Shown here: positions 26,691-37,765 of the stretch, in pieces | How the letters are laid out: each line of letters begins with the position of its first letter | Position numbering within the stretch: position 1 is the stretch's first letter | Origin: an uncultured Clostridia bacterium | Lineage (GTDB): Bacteria > Bacillota > Clostridia > Oscillospirales > CAG-272 | Length of the DNA: 64,000 nucleotides | Direction: 5' to 3' | Assembly (NCBI GenBank): GCA_944381085.1 | Contig: CALWJX010000004.1 | Coordinates: 27,136-91,135, forward strand | Position numbers and translations under genes: made by a program | Notes under the pieces: model-generated | Told to the model about the DNA's origin: nothing | Databases searched by the model: none | The model's input: only the letters and a program-made list of their open reading frames with translations

Positions 26691-28799
26691 ATGATGAAGC
26701 GTATTCTTGCTTTATTGCTGTGTCTTGTCACTGTTCTCGCCGTCTTTGCGGGTTGCGCGGGCAATGACAGTGACGCCGAGGAAGACAAAGGACAATATCT
26801 TACAATGTATCTGACCGACAGCCTGTATGATCTTGACCCCGCGAACGCTTATTACAACGAATCCACTATCAATGTAATAAGTCTGATGTTTGATACACTT
26901 TTCACTCTCAATGATAACGGCAAGGTGAAGAAATCACTGGTTAAGAAATACACAATAGAAGAAGACCCCAACGCGGACGAGTATACGATGTATCTTGAAC
27001 TTGCCGAGACATATTGGTCGGACAACACCTTGATTTCGGCAAACGACGTTGTATACGCATGGAAAAGAATACTCGACGTCGAGTCTTCATATGAAGCGGC
27101 GGCTCTGCTATTTGACATAAAGAACGCAAGAGCGGCGAAAGAAGGAGAGTGCTCAATAGACGACGTTGCGATTTTCGCTGAAGATACCGATCTTCTTTCA
27201 ATTCAGTTTGAAGGACCTATCGATTACGATCACTTCATTCTCAATCTTACAAGTCTCGCGCTCGCTCCTCTCAGAGAAGATATCGTCGGCAAAGGTTCAG
27301 ACTGGGCTAAAAAACCCGCGACAATGGTAACAAGCGGACCTTTCAAGCTTTCCAGAGTTAATTTTTCCGAAAATTCGGGTACAATATACAGCGATATAAA
27401 TTACGACGAGTCAGTTAATGTCGGACAGGATTCACAGGGAGATCCGATTTATGAATATCTGCCCGCGACCGAGCCCTCCAATTTCCGTGAACAGCTTATA
27501 AACAGCTTTGTACTTGAAAGAAACTCGTATTATTACAGAAACAGCGAGGAAGAGGAAGCTCTCGACAAATCCGTCACACCTTATCAGATAATTGTAGACT
27601 GCTCAATGTCCGATGAAGACATCAAAGAGGCATACGAGCAAGGGACCATTCTTTATATAGGCGATGTTCCGCTTTCGCTTCGCAATGAACTGAGCGATGT
27701 GGCGGTTGTGGAGGATTCGCTTTCCACGCACACATATTTCCTCAATGAAAACGCATACATTGACGACGGCACAGAAACCGGTTCTCAGCTTTTTGCAAAC
27801 AAATCCGTAAGACAGGCGCTTTCTATGGCAATAGACCGTGAGGCTATAGCGACTTCTGTTGTATACGCCAGAGCCGCCACCGGACTTGTTCCCTACGGAG
27901 TATTTGAAGCGGATTCCGCAAAATCCACTTTCCGTGAGAAATGCACAACAAACTATGAAAATCTGACGACCAATGTTGATAAAGCCAAATCTCTCCTTTC
28001 GGAAGCGGGCATAGACGCGTCGAAGTATTCTTTCTCAATTACGGTTGCGACTTACGATGAAGTTCATTGTCTTATTGCCGAAGCCGTTGCGGAAGCATGG
28101 AATTCACTCGGATTCAACGTAACAGTCAATAAGAGAGGAACCATTCCGAATAACGATTATTACAAATATACGGAATCCGTACCCACTGATATCTGCGATG
28201 ACCTTTATGTTGAAGATCTCAAAAACGGAACATATGAAGTTATCGCGCTTGACTACTGTGCGATGTCTGTAGATCCCTTCTCTGTTCTCGCTCCGTTTGC
28301 CAAAGCTTTCTCCGGTCAGGGCATGGACATGACCGACCCGGAAAACTATCAGCTTACTCCTCACTCCACAGGTTATGACTCTGAGGAATACAACAGTCTG
28401 ATGGAAACCATCTTTGCCGAGAAAAATATTGCCGCAAGAGCCGACAACTATCGAAACGCAGAGGCAATTCTGATGGAAGATATGCCTGTAATTCCGATTA
28501 TCTTCAATCAGAGCGGGTATGTAGTTAGTGACCAGCTCAAGATGGGCAATAAGTTCCTCTTCTGGACTACAAAGAGCTGCTACTATTATACAAATATCTT
28601 TACTAAGGCTTCTGTAAAGGGATATGAAGATTACCTTGTAACCTGTGAATCCTTCCTTGCGTCCAAGTATGACACTTTCAAAACCAATCCCCTGTCCTAC
28701 TTCAACAATTTTGTAAATGAAGAGACAAGGCAGCCAATGACATATGAGGAATTTAAGGGAGAATCCTCAACTTACTCATACCTATTCCCTCAAAGTTAA
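26691..28799 (+). CDS. family-5 (peptide/nickel, OppA-like) ABC substrate-binding lipoprotein; orphan, with no adjacent permease or ATPase
   Basis: Lipobox VFAGCAGN. The 702-aa protein has a typical SBP_bac_5 pattern (LYDLDPANAYYNES...TLFTLNDNGKV...WSDN). Confidence 0.8.
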   Translation: MMKRILALLLCLVTVLAVFAGCAGNDSDAEEDKGQYLTMYLTDSLYDLDPANAYYNESTINVISLMFDTLFTLNDNGKVKKSLVKKYTIEEDPNADEYTMYLELAETYWSDNTLISANDVVYAWKRILDVESSYEAAALLFDIKNARAAKEGECSIDDVAIFAEDTDLLSIQFEGPIDYDHFILNLTSLALAPLREDIVGKGSDWAKKPATMVTSGPFKLSRVNFSENSGTIYSDINYDESVNVGQDSQGDPIYEYLPATEPSNFREQLINSFVLERNSYYYRNSEEEEALDKSVTPYQIIVDCSMSDEDIKEAYEQGTILYIGDVPLSLRNELSDVAVVEDSLSTHTYFLNENAYIDDGTETGSQLFANKSVRQALSMAIDREAIATSVVYARAATGLVPYGVFEADSAKSTFREKCTTNYENLTTNVDKAKSLLSEAGIDASKYSFSITVATYDEVHCLIAEAVAEAWNSLGFNVTVNKRGTIPNNDYYKYTESVPTDICDDLYVEDLKNGTYEVIALDYCAMSVDPFSVLAPFAKAFSGQGMDMTDPENYQLTPHSTGYDSEEYNSLMETIFAEKNIAARADNYRNAEAILMEDMPVIPIIFNQSGYVVSDQLKMGNKFLFWTTKSCYYYTNIFTKASVKGYEDYLVTCESFLASKYDTFKTNPLSYFNNFVNEETRQPMTYEEFKGESSTYSYLFPQS

Positions 28800-28821
28800 A
28801 TATACAGATAATATTTTATAA

Positions 28822-28853
28822 AAAACTTCCGTGCAAATGCGCGGAAGTTTTTT
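28822..28853 (+). terminator. Rho-independent terminator
   Basis: AAAACTTCCG pairs with CGGAAGTTTT (core CTTCCG 28826-28831 with CGGAAG 28842-28847), followed by a T-run at 28848-28853. Confidence 0.75.
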
Positions 28854-29017
28854 GCTTTAAATTTGATTAAAAATATGGACATTCGGGCAATATTGTGATA
28901 TAATGTATACAGTCAAAAAATTTCGGCTTTACTCGTTATAAAAATTACGATACATTACAGACCATAAAAATCAAACCCAAAAATAACAAATAAGAATCTT
29001 AAACAAGGAGAACAGGA

Positions 29018-29629
29018 TTGGAGATTATAAATCTGTTTCCGGGGTCATGGTGCTCAAACTGTTATATAATTTCAGACGGCGGTCACGCCGCGGTTATCGA
29101 CCCCAGCGCGTCGGCAAAAGGTATACTTGATTATATAAAAAATCACGGTCTTCAGCTTGATTTTATAATTATCACCCACGGGCACTTTGACCACATAATG
29201 TCCTTGGACACTTTAAGAAACGCGACAAATATTCCGGCATACATACACGAATACGACAACGAGTTGCTCGGAGACGGAGAAAAAAACGCCTTCAAAACAT
29301 TTTTCGGAAAAGACCGCGCTTTTGCTCCCGCGGACAGATTGTTGCGCGACAAGGACAAGCTTGCTCTCGGGAATTCGGAACTCGAAATAATGCTTACGCC
29401 GGGGCATACAAAAGGGTCTGTATGTATTATAACTCCAGATTTTCTTGTAACCGGAGACACATTGTTCGCCAATTCGTACGGCAGATGCGATCTGTACGGC
29501 GGAAACATTTCGGCAATGCGCGAATCACTTAAAAAGCTTCGGGATTTTGATAAAAACCTTCCCATCTACCCCGGGCACGGCGAGTCCGCGAAGCTGGGAC
29601 ACGCGCTTGACAATGCCGCATATCTGTAA
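29018..29629 (+). CDS. MBL-fold metallo-hydrolase (glyoxalase II-like)
   Basis: ITHGHFDH metal-binding motif and a later PGHT. TTG start preceded by an AAGGAG RBS. Confidence 0.85.
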   Translation: MEIINLFPGSWCSNCYIISDGGHAAVIDPSASAKGILDYIKNHGLQLDFIIITHGHFDHIMSLDTLRNATNIPAYIHEYDNELLGDGEKNAFKTFFGKDRAFAPADRLLRDKDKLALGNSELEIMLTPGHTKGSVCIITPDFLVTGDTLFANSYGRCDLYGGNISAMRESLKKLRDFDKNLPIYPGHGESAKLGHALDNAAYL

Positions 29630-29752
29630 AAACACATGAAATGACAAAATCAACACGCTTTTTTTTACTTCGACGCCAAAAGCACGGCGCCGATTATCAA
29701 GGGGCAAACCGCACAAAACGCTGATTTGGCATAAGAAAGGAACGTCATAAAA

Positions 29753-31453
29753 ATGGACAATAAATATTTATCGGAAATGCTTTTTCCCAACATAAAAAAG
29801 ACTCCCGAAGACATTGAAAAGCAATATCCCCCAAGAGAATTACCACAAGACGCGAAAGTTACAAGATTTGCTCCCAGTCCTACGGGATTTGTGCACTTCG
29901 GAGGGTTATTCCCTTCTATGGCGGCGGAAAGGCTCGCGCATCAAAGCGGAGGCGTTTTTTATCTGAGAATAGAAGACACAGACGCAAAGCGGGAAGTTCC
30001 CGGCGCCGCGGAAGCTCTTATAAATACACTGGCGACATATTCTATTGAGTTTGACGAGGGTGCCGTTCTCAACGAAAGCGGAAAAATTGCGGACAAAGGT
30101 ATGTACGGTCCTTACAGACAAAGCCAAAGAGCCGAAATTTATCAGGTTTACGCGAAAAAACTTGTCAGCGAGGGAAAGGCATATCCGTGTTTTTCCACCG
30201 AGGAAGAACTTGAATTGATACATCAGGCGGACAAAAAAGCCGAGCTGAAAAACACCGACTGGCTGTCGGAAGCCGAGGCAAAAAAGGAAGATATGCTCAA
30301 AGCCCGCAATATCTCTCTTGAAGAAGCCGAGACACACATAAAGGCAAATCATCCCTTTGTATTGAGAATATTGGCGAAATCCGATCCTGACAAAAAAGTG
30401 AAATTTACCGACCTTATAAAAGGCGCTGTGGAGTTTCCCGAAAACGATGAAGATTTCGTGCTGCTGAAATCAGACGGTATTCCGACATACCACTTTGCCC
30501 ACGTGATAGACGACCATCTTATGGGTACAACTCACGTAATCAGAGGAGAAGAATGGTTGCCGAGCCTGCCCAAACATCTTCAGCTTTTTGAATACCTCGG
30601 CTTCAAGCCCCCGAAATATATGCATATAGCCCAGATTATGAAGCTGGACGAAAACGGAAACAAAAAGAAACTCTCCAAGCGGGACATGGGCGCCAATATG
30701 GACGACTACACGAAAATGGGCTATGCTCCCGAAGCGGTCTGCGAATACATAATGACGCTCCTCAACTCAAACTACGAGGAATGGCATATGCAGAACCCCG
30801 ACAAAAGCTACAAAGAATTTCCGTTCAGTATAAAAAAGATGTCGGTATCGGGGTGCCTGTTTGACTTTAACAAGCTCAACGACGTCTCAAAAAATGTAAT
30901 ATCAAGAATGGACGCCGAGAATGTTACGCAAAAAGTAACGGAATGGGCGTTGAAATATGACGCGGAATTCGGCAAGATTCTGAACAGTGACAAAGCATAC
31001 GCGCAAAAGATATTCGCCATAGGCAGAGGCGGAAAAAAGCCGAGAAAGGATCTGGCGACATGGTCGGACGCAAAGCCGTATATGGGATTTTTCTATGACG
31101 AATATTTTGAATATGAAGATGCTTACCCCACAGACGCCGACAAAAACGATATCATCGCCACACTTGAGAAATTCAAAGTTTCTTATAATGAGCGGGACGA
31201 CATGAACGAGTGGTTTGAAAAAGTCAAAAAAATTTCGGACGACCTCGGATATGCCTCTGACATGAAAGCATACAAACAAACTCCCGACGCCTTCAGAGGA
31301 AATGTAGCGGATATAAGCATGTTTATCCGTGTCGCGATTACGGGAAAGCTGAACGCCCCCGACCTTTACACCGTCATGCAGATAATGGGACGCGAACGCT
31401 GTATGAAAAGAATAGATATGATGATCGATAAGCTTAAAAATTCTGAAATCTGA
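29753..31453 (+). CDS. gltX: glutamate--tRNA ligase (long form)
   Basis: RFAPSPTGFVHFGG (HIGH-type), YLRIEDTD and KLSKRD (KMSKS-type). Confidence 0.9.
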   Translation: MDNKYLSEMLFPNIKKTPEDIEKQYPPRELPQDAKVTRFAPSPTGFVHFGGLFPSMAAERLAHQSGGVFYLRIEDTDAKREVPGAAEALINTLATYSIEFDEGAVLNESGKIADKGMYGPYRQSQRAEIYQVYAKKLVSEGKAYPCFSTEEELELIHQADKKAELKNTDWLSEAEAKKEDMLKARNISLEEAETHIKANHPFVLRILAKSDPDKKVKFTDLIKGAVEFPENDEDFVLLKSDGIPTYHFAHVIDDHLMGTTHVIRGEEWLPSLPKHLQLFEYLGFKPPKYMHIAQIMKLDENGNKKKLSKRDMGANMDDYTKMGYAPEAVCEYIMTLLNSNYEEWHMQNPDKSYKEFPFSIKKMSVSGCLFDFNKLNDVSKNVISRMDAENVTQKVTEWALKYDAEFGKILNSDKAYAQKIFAIGRGGKKPRKDLATWSDAKPYMGFFYDEYFEYEDAYPTDADKNDIIATLEKFKVSYNERDDMNEWFEKVKKISDDLGYASDMKAYKQTPDAFRGNVADISMFIRVAITGKLNAPDLYTVMQIMGRERCMKRIDMMIDKLKNSEI

Positions 31454-31465
31454 AAGGATATTTAT

Positions 31466-33121
31466 ATGTCTGAAAGCAGCTCTAATTTTATATATGATAT
31501 AATTGACGAGGATTTAAGGCAAAACCCTGACCTTAAAATTCACACACGCTTTCCCCCGGAGCCCAACGGATATCTTCACATCGGCTCCGCAAAGGCGATA
31601 ATGATAAACTATGACACGGCAAAAAAATATAACGGGAAATTCAATCTTCGTTACGATGACACAAATCCCGCGAAAGAAGACAATGAATATGTCGAGTCGA
31701 TACACGAAGACTTGGTCTGGCTCATCGGAGAGGAACCGAGCGGAGGTATTTTTTACGGGTCCGACTACTTTGACAAATGCTATGAATACGCCGTAAAACT
31801 CATCAAAGCCGGAAAAGCTTACGTCTGCGACCTTACCGCCGAGCAGATGAAAGAATACAGAGGCACGCTTACAACCCCGGGCAAAAATTCTCCCTACAGA
31901 GACAGAAGTGTAGAAGAAAACCTCGATTTGTTTGAGAGAATGAAAAACGGAGAATTCCCGGACGGATCCCACACGCTTCGCGCTAAAATAGACATGAGCT
32001 CTCCCAATATAAACATGCGAGACCCCGCCATATACAGAATAGTGCACACCTCGCATCACCGTCAGGGCGACAAGTGGTGCATATATCCGCTCTACGATTT
32101 CGCTCATCCGATTCAGGACGCGACGGAATCAATAACGCATTCGTTATGCTCCCTGGAATTTGAGAATCACCGTCCGCTCTATGACTGGGTGGTTGAAAAT
32201 ATCGGCTTTGACCCCCGCCCCAAGCAGAGGGAATTCGCGCGGCTCAATGTGACCAATACAGTTATGTCCAAGCGTTATCTGAGATATCTTGTCGAGAACA
32301 ATATGGTTGACGGCTGGGACGACCCGCGTCTGCCCACGCTCTGCGCGCTGCGAAGAAGAGGCTATACTCCGTCGTCGATCATGAAGTTTGTGCGGGACGC
32401 CGGAATCTCAAAATCCGACAACCTGGTTTCAATAAATCAGCTTGAGGCATGTATACGTGACGAACTCAACGATAACGCCCGGCGGCGCATATGTGTTGCC
32501 AATCCCATTAAAGTTGTAATTACCAACTACCCCGAAGACCGTGAGGAAGTTTTTGAGCTTCCGAACCATCCGCAGCACCCGGAAATGGGCGTCCGTCAGG
32601 TCAGGTTTACAAGAGAACTGTATATAGACGCGGACGATTTCGCCCTTGTCCCTCCCCCGAAATTTTTCAGAATGAAACCCGGCGGTGAAGTAAGACTTAT
32701 GGGCTCATATATAGTAAAATGTGAAAATGTTCTGCAGAACGATGACGGAAGCATACGTGAAATTCACTGCAAAGCAGACCTTGAGACGAGAAACAACAAC
32801 CCCGCGGACGGCAGAAAAATCAAAGGCACCATTCACTGGCTCAGCGCCAAGTACGCCGAGGACATTACTCTGAAGCTGTACGACAGACTGTTTACGATTG
32901 AAAACGTGGGCGACATTCCCGAGGACAAGACCTACAACGATTATCTGAATCCCGACTCTCTCATTACAATTGAGCACGCAAAAGCCGAAATCTCGGTGTC
33001 AGACGCCAAGCCTTCGGAAAAATTTCAGTTTGTCAGAATGGGCTATTTCTGCAAGGACACAAAATATGAAAACACTTTCAACCGGGTAGTCAGTCTTAAA
33101 GAAAGCTTTTCCTCCAGATAA
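31466..33121 (+). CDS. glnS: glutamine--tRNA ligase
   Basis: TRFPPEPNGYLHIGSAKA, NLRYDDTNP and VMSKR. The C-terminal anticodon-binding region is typical of GlnRS. Confidence 0.93.
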   Translation: MSESSSNFIYDIIDEDLRQNPDLKIHTRFPPEPNGYLHIGSAKAIMINYDTAKKYNGKFNLRYDDTNPAKEDNEYVESIHEDLVWLIGEEPSGGIFYGSDYFDKCYEYAVKLIKAGKAYVCDLTAEQMKEYRGTLTTPGKNSPYRDRSVEENLDLFERMKNGEFPDGSHTLRAKIDMSSPNINMRDPAIYRIVHTSHHRQGDKWCIYPLYDFAHPIQDATESITHSLCSLEFENHRPLYDWVVENIGFDPRPKQREFARLNVTNTVMSKRYLRYLVENNMVDGWDDPRLPTLCALRRRGYTPSSIMKFVRDAGISKSDNLVSINQLEACIRDELNDNARRRICVANPIKVVITNYPEDREEVFELPNHPQHPEMGVRQVRFTRELYIDADDFALVPPPKFFRMKPGGEVRLMGSYIVKCENVLQNDDGSIREIHCKADLETRNNNPADGRKIKGTIHWLSAKYAEDITLKLYDRLFTIENVGDIPEDKTYNDYLNPDSLITIEHAKAEISVSDAKPSEKFQFVRMGYFCKDTKYENTFNRVVSLKESFSSR

Positions 33122-33222
33122 GCCGGACAGGAAAATAAGCGTAATTAAATAAGTGTGCAAGCCCGCCCTCGGGTTGCTTCACACAAAAATTTGAGCCGCC
33201 AAAGGCGGCACGGGAGGTTAAT

Positions 33223-33531
33223 ATGCTTGATTTTATCAAGGAAAATTTCGCCTTATCGATTCTGATAATTTATTTGATTATAATTTCAATATTATCGGTT
33301 ATAATCTGCATATACGACAAGGTCATATCGAAGAAAAACGATGTGCGCCTGAGAATACCGGAAAAAACCCTGCTCATACTTTCCGCGTTGGGCGGCTCTG
33401 TCGCCATGTACATATGTATGCATATAATCCGCCACAAAACAAAGCATTTCAAATTCATGGTGGGCATTCCGATAATCATTATTATTCAGGTTATTATAAT
33501 TTTCCTGCTCTTCCACTTCAACATTCTCTGA
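33223..33531 (+). CDS. DUF1294 family membrane protein
   Basis: RIPEKTLLILSALGGSVAMYICMHIIRHKTKHFKF matches the DUF1294 signature. Confidence 0.75.
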   Translation: MLDFIKENFALSILIIYLIIISILSVIICIYDKVISKKNDVRLRIPEKTLLILSALGGSVAMYICMHIIRHKTKHFKFMVGIPIIIIIQVIIIFLLFHFNIL

Positions 33532-33591
33532 TTTATGTAAAATATATAACTAATCGACTGTATCATAAAACATTTTTGAAAATATTGACAC

Positions 33592-33620
33592 TTGCAAAAA
33601 AAACATACTGATGATATAAT
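33592..33620 (+). promoter_or_regulatory. SigA-type promoter for the pheST leader
   Basis: TTGCAA (33592-33597), a 17-nt spacer, then TATAAT (33615-33620). Confidence 0.55.
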
Positions 33621-33626
33621 TTATAT

Positions 33627-33931
33627 ATAATATAACAAAATGCCATGATGAAGTAAGCTTTTCCCGTAAGGCATATTACAGAGAGTCCCCCCGCGCTGAG
33701 ACGGGGACATATGTGAGGAAAACGCATTTCGCTTCGGAGCAGACCCGGTAAAAGCATTGCCGTGTAGCTGGGTACGGTCAGACACCGTTAAATGTCTTTG
33801 AGGTAATCAGACTCGCATAACTTAAGGTTACGTGAAAATTGCCTTGAAAAAGCGCCGGTCCAAAAAGCCGGAATGTGGGTGGTACCGCGGATTGTTTATT
33901 CCGTCCCGATTATATAATCGGGACGTTTTTT
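33627..33931 (+). promoter_or_regulatory. T-box riboswitch leader (Phe-specific by context)
   Basis: An AGAGAG bulge and a GCUGAGA-containing distal loop lie at about 33679-33706. The conserved T-box sequence AATGTGGGTGGTACCGCGG is at 33872-33890. The terminator pairs CGTCCCGAT (33902-33910) with ATCGGGACG (33917-33925), followed by TTTTTT. A UUC triplet at 33728-33730 lies in the region where the specifier loop is expected. Confidence 0.85.
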
Positions 33932-34011
33932 GTTTTTATGCAGAAACGGATATAAAACCATCTTGCCGATTACTCCGCAGCGTGGAAAATAAACGAAAGG
34001 ATTAAAATATT

Positions 34012-35037
34012 ATGAAAGAAAAACTGAACAGCATAAGGCAAAGCGCGTTGGAGCAGATAAATCAAAGAGATACCGACAACGCAAAACTCGAAGAAATACG
34101 TGTAAAATATCTCGGAAAAAAAGGAGAGCTTACCGCCGTGCTCAGAGGCATGGGACAGCTTGCGCCCGAAGAACGTCCGGTTATCGGTCAGACAGCCAAC
34201 GAGGTAAGAGAAGATATTGAAAAAGCGATAGCCGAAAAAAAGCAGTCGCTTGCCGCCGCCGCGCTTGAATTAAAACTAAAGGATGAAAAGCTCGACGTGA
34301 CCGTGCCGGGCAAAAAAAGCAAAATCGGGCATATTCATCCGCTCACACTTGTGCAGCGTGAACTTGAGGACGTTTTTATAGGAATGGGATTCTCAATAGC
34401 CGAAGGACCGGAGGTAGAGTATGATTATTATAACTTCCAGGCTCTTAATATTCCGGAAAACCATCCCGCGCGCGACACACAGGACACCTTCTATATAACC
34501 GATGACAAAATACTTCTCCGTTCGCAGACTTCCTCTGTACAGGCAAGAGTAATGGAAAAACAAAAACCTCCGATAAGGATAATTTCACCCGGAAGAGTTT
34601 ACCGCAGCGACGCTATGGACGCCACTCACTCTCCCCTGTTTCATCAGATGGAGGGACTTGCGGTAGACGAAGGAATAACCATGGGCGACCTCAAAGGGAT
34701 GCTTGAAACCTTTGCCAAGACCGAATTCGGAGAAGATACAAAGATACGTTTCCGCCCGCACCATTTCCCGTTTACCGAGCCGTCCGCGGAGGTTGACATC
34801 TCCTGTTTTATGTGCGGAGGCAAAGGCTGCAGACTTTGCAAGGGAGAAGGCTGGATAGAAATACTCGGCGCCGGAATGGTGCACCCCAACGTGCTCTCCA
34901 TGTGCGGAATAGACCCCGAAAAATACAGCGGCTTTGCATTCGGCATGGGTCTTGAAAGAATCGCGATGCTCAAATACCATATAGACGACATCCGTATGTT
35001 TTATGAGAACGACGTCAGATTTATAGAACAATTTTAA
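34012..35037 (+). CDS. pheS: phenylalanine--tRNA ligase alpha subunit
   Basis: Class II motifs ([36 protein letters not shown]). Confidence 0.97.
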   Translation: MKEKLNSIRQSALEQINQRDTDNAKLEEIRVKYLGKKGELTAVLRGMGQLAPEERPVIGQTANEVREDIEKAIAEKKQSLAAAALELKLKDEKLDVTVPGKKSKIGHIHPLTLVQRELEDVFIGMGFSIAEGPEVEYDYYNFQALNIPENHPARDTQDTFYITDDKILLRSQTSSVQARVMEKQKPPIRIISPGRVYRSDAMDATHSPLFHQMEGLAVDEGITMGDLKGMLETFAKTEFGEDTKIRFRPHHFPFTEPSAEVDISCFMCGGKGCRLCKGEGWIEILGAGMVHPNVLSMCGIDPEKYSGFAFGMGLERIAMLKYHIDDIRMFYENDVRFIEQF

Positions 35038-35067
35038 AGCCGGAAAATACGAGAAAGGAATAATACA

Positions 35068-37476
35068 ATGAATCTATCGCTTAAATGGTTAAATGATTTT
35101 ACAAATACAGACTCGATACCGGTCAAAGAATTCTGCGACAGAATGACCGATACCGGCTCAAAAGTCGAGGGGTACGAAATTCTCGGCGAAAACATTCAAA
35201 ATGTCGTCGTCGCGAAAGTGGTCAGCATGGAAAGGCATCCCGACAGCGACCATATGTTTATATGCCAAGTGGATACGGGAGCCAAGGACGGTTCGCCTGT
35301 GCAGATAGTGACGGGCGCCCAGAACGTAAAAGAAGGCGATATTGTTCCCGCCGCTCTCCCGGTTGCTCATCTGCCCGGAGGAGTCACAATCAAAAAGGGC
35401 AAACTCAGAGGAGTTGAATCGAACGGTATGTTGTGCTCCATGGCAGAACTCAATCTGACGCCGCACGATATGCCCGGCAAGGAAGAAAACGGCATACTTA
35501 TACTTGACAAGGATGAATATGAAGACAAGCTCGGAACTGACATAAGAGAAGCGCTTATGCTGAACGACACGGTGGTTGAATTTGAAATAACCTCAAACCG
35601 CCCCGACTGCCTGTCCGTAATAGGTCTTGCCCGTGAAAGCGCGATATCCTTTGATCGCAAATTCAATCTCCCCGCGCCGGTTGTCAAAGACAGCGGCGAC
35701 GGAGACGACATAAAAAATTATCTGTCCGTACAGATAAGCGCGCCTGACCTTTGTATGCGATACGCGGCAAAAGTAGTTAAGAATGTAAAAATAAAGCCGT
35801 CTCCTCTGTGGCTCAGAATGCGCCTAAAGGCAGCCGGCGTCAGACCCATTAACAACATCGTCGATATAACAAACTACGTCATGCTTGAATACGGTCAGCC
35901 CATGCACGCCTTTGATTACGCTTCGCTTGACGGCAGCGCCATAAACGTCCGTCGGGCGCTGGACGGAGAAAAGTTTGTTTCGCTTGACGGCAAGGCGCAT
36001 GTGCTTGACTCAAGTATGCTGGTTATTGCCGACAGGGCAAAGGCGTGCGCTCTCGCGGGCGTTATGGGCGGGGAAAACAGTGAGATAGAGGACAATACCT
36101 CCACGGTTGTATTCGAATCCGCCTGCTTCCTCGGCACAAATGTAAGAGTAACCGCCAAGAAAAACGGCATGAGAACAGAGTCGTCCTCAAGATACGAAAA
36201 GGGGCTTGACCCTGAAAACTGTATGCCCGGACTTCTCAGAGCCTGCGAACTGGTACAGCTTCTGGACGCCGGTGAGGTGGTGGACGGCATAATAGACGTA
36301 TATCCGGGCAAAAAGGAACCTGTTGTACTCACACTTGACGTGGATAAAATAAATAAATTTCTTGGGGTTGAGCTTTCATACGAGTATATGAAAAACATTC
36401 TCGAAAAGCTTGAATGTAAAGTCGACGGCGACAAAATAACGGTTCCCTCTTTCCGCTCAGACCTCACCTGTATGAACGATATCGCCGAAGAGGTAATCAG
36501 AATATACGGTTACAACAAAATAAAATCCACCTGCATTTATGCCGAAACAACGCAGGGAGGCAGAACGCCCAAGCAAGCGTTTGAGGTCAAAACCGAAAGA
36601 CTCATGTACGGAATGGGATTTGACCAGACTCAGACTTTTTCGTTTATCAGTCCCAAATACTATGATAAAATCAGAATGTCCGAAAACGACCCTCGCCGCA
36701 AAAGCGTGATAATCTCAAATCCTTTGGGAGAGGACACAAGCATTATGAGGACTACCGCGCTGCCCTCCATGCTTGAAATTCTGTCAAGAAATATAAACTT
36801 CTCAAACGAAGACGTGCGTTTGTTTGAAATGGCGTCCGTATATATACCTTCCGAGGACATAAACCTGCTTCCGACCGAGAAAAAGGTCATATCAATCGGA
36901 ATGTGCGGAGCAGACGAGGACTTTTACACTTTAAAGGGTGTTATCGAAAACATTTTAGCCTCCGCCAATATTAAGCCGACATATGAGTCATATTCATGTG
37001 ACAACGCTTATCACCCCGGCAGATGCGCAAAAATAATGACCAAAACCGGTGTTGAGCTCGGAGTTTTCGGTCAAATCCATCCGCTCACTGCGCAAAATTA
37101 CGGTATAAGCGTCGAAATGTACGCCGGAGTGCTCGACTTTGACCTGATTTGGGAAAACGCGGACACAAAAATAAACTTCAAGCCTTTGTCCAAATTCCCG
37201 ACTGTCACAAGAGACTTCTCTTTCGTGTGTGACGACGAGCTTGAAATAGGAAAAATAGAGGATATAATAACTCATTCCGCGGGTAAACTGTTAAACGAAG
37301 TCAAGCTTTTTGACATTTACAGAAGTGAACAGATAGGCAAAGGAAAAAAATCGGTTGCTTTCCGCCTTGTCCTTCGCGCGGACGACCACACACTGACCGA
37401 CGACGAAACCGAAAAAATAACCAACAAAGTTTTAAACGACCTTAAATATAAGCTCGGAATCGGCATCAGAGAATAA
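35068..37476 (+). CDS. pheT: phenylalanine--tRNA ligase beta subunit
   Basis: It is 802 aa, with a tRNA-binding domain (VVAKVVSMERHPDSDHMFICQVD) and B3/4, B5 and FDX-ACB regions. It lies directly downstream of pheS. Confidence 0.97.
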   Translation: MNLSLKWLNDFTNTDSIPVKEFCDRMTDTGSKVEGYEILGENIQNVVVAKVVSMERHPDSDHMFICQVDTGAKDGSPVQIVTGAQNVKEGDIVPAALPVAHLPGGVTIKKGKLRGVESNGMLCSMAELNLTPHDMPGKEENGILILDKDEYEDKLGTDIREALMLNDTVVEFEITSNRPDCLSVIGLARESAISFDRKFNLPAPVVKDSGDGDDIKNYLSVQISAPDLCMRYAAKVVKNVKIKPSPLWLRMRLKAAGVRPINNIVDITNYVMLEYGQPMHAFDYASLDGSAINVRRALDGEKFVSLDGKAHVLDSSMLVIADRAKACALAGVMGGENSEIEDNTSTVVFESACFLGTNVRVTAKKNGMRTESSSRYEKGLDPENCMPGLLRACELVQLLDAGEVVDGIIDVYPGKKEPVVLTLDVDKINKFLGVELSYEYMKNILEKLECKVDGDKITVPSFRSDLTCMNDIAEEVIRIYGYNKIKSTCIYAETTQGGRTPKQAFEVKTERLMYGMGFDQTQTFSFISPKYYDKIRMSENDPRRKSVIISNPLGEDTSIMRTTALPSMLEILSRNINFSNEDVRLFEMASVYIPSEDINLLPTEKKVISIGMCGADEDFYTLKGVIENILASANIKPTYESYSCDNAYHPGRCAKIMTKTGVELGVFGQIHPLTAQNYGISVEMYAGVLDFDLIWENADTKINFKPLSKFPTVTRDFSFVCDDELEIGKIEDIITHSAGKLLNEVKLFDIYRSEQIGKGKKSVAFRLVLRADDHTLTDDETEKITNKVLNDLKYKLGIGIRE

Positions 37477-37510
37477 AATCAAATATTTCAGATGAACCTG
37501 AGGTTAATTT

Positions 37511-37720
37511 ATGGAACAGAAAAAAATCGACCGCATAAACGAGCTGGCAAAAAAGAAAAAATCCGATGAAGGTCTGACGCCCGAAGAGGAAAGCGAGCGC
37601 AACGCGCTGCACAAAGAATACATTGCCGAATACCGCGCTCATGTGACAAAAATACTTGACAACACGGTAGTTCAATACCCCGACGGGTCAAGAGAAAAAC
37701 TGAATAAGAAAAACAAATAA
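37511..37720 (+). CDS. DUF896 (UPF0291, YnzC-like) protein
   Basis: A 69-aa protein. IDRINELAKKKKSDEGLTPEEESERNALHKEYI is typical of this family. Confidence 0.8.
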   Translation: MEQKKIDRINELAKKKKSDEGLTPEEESERNALHKEYIAEYRAHVTKILDNTVVQYPDGSREKLNKKNK

Positions 37721-37724
37721 CGTT

Positions 37725-37765
37725 AAAGCAGGGATATTTTCCTCATCCCTGCTTTACTCTTTCTC
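37725..37765 (+). terminator. probable terminator of the pheST-DUF896 transcript
   Basis: AAAGCAGGGA (37725-37734) pairs with TCCCTGCTTT (37746-37755), followed by a T-rich tract. Confidence 0.5.
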
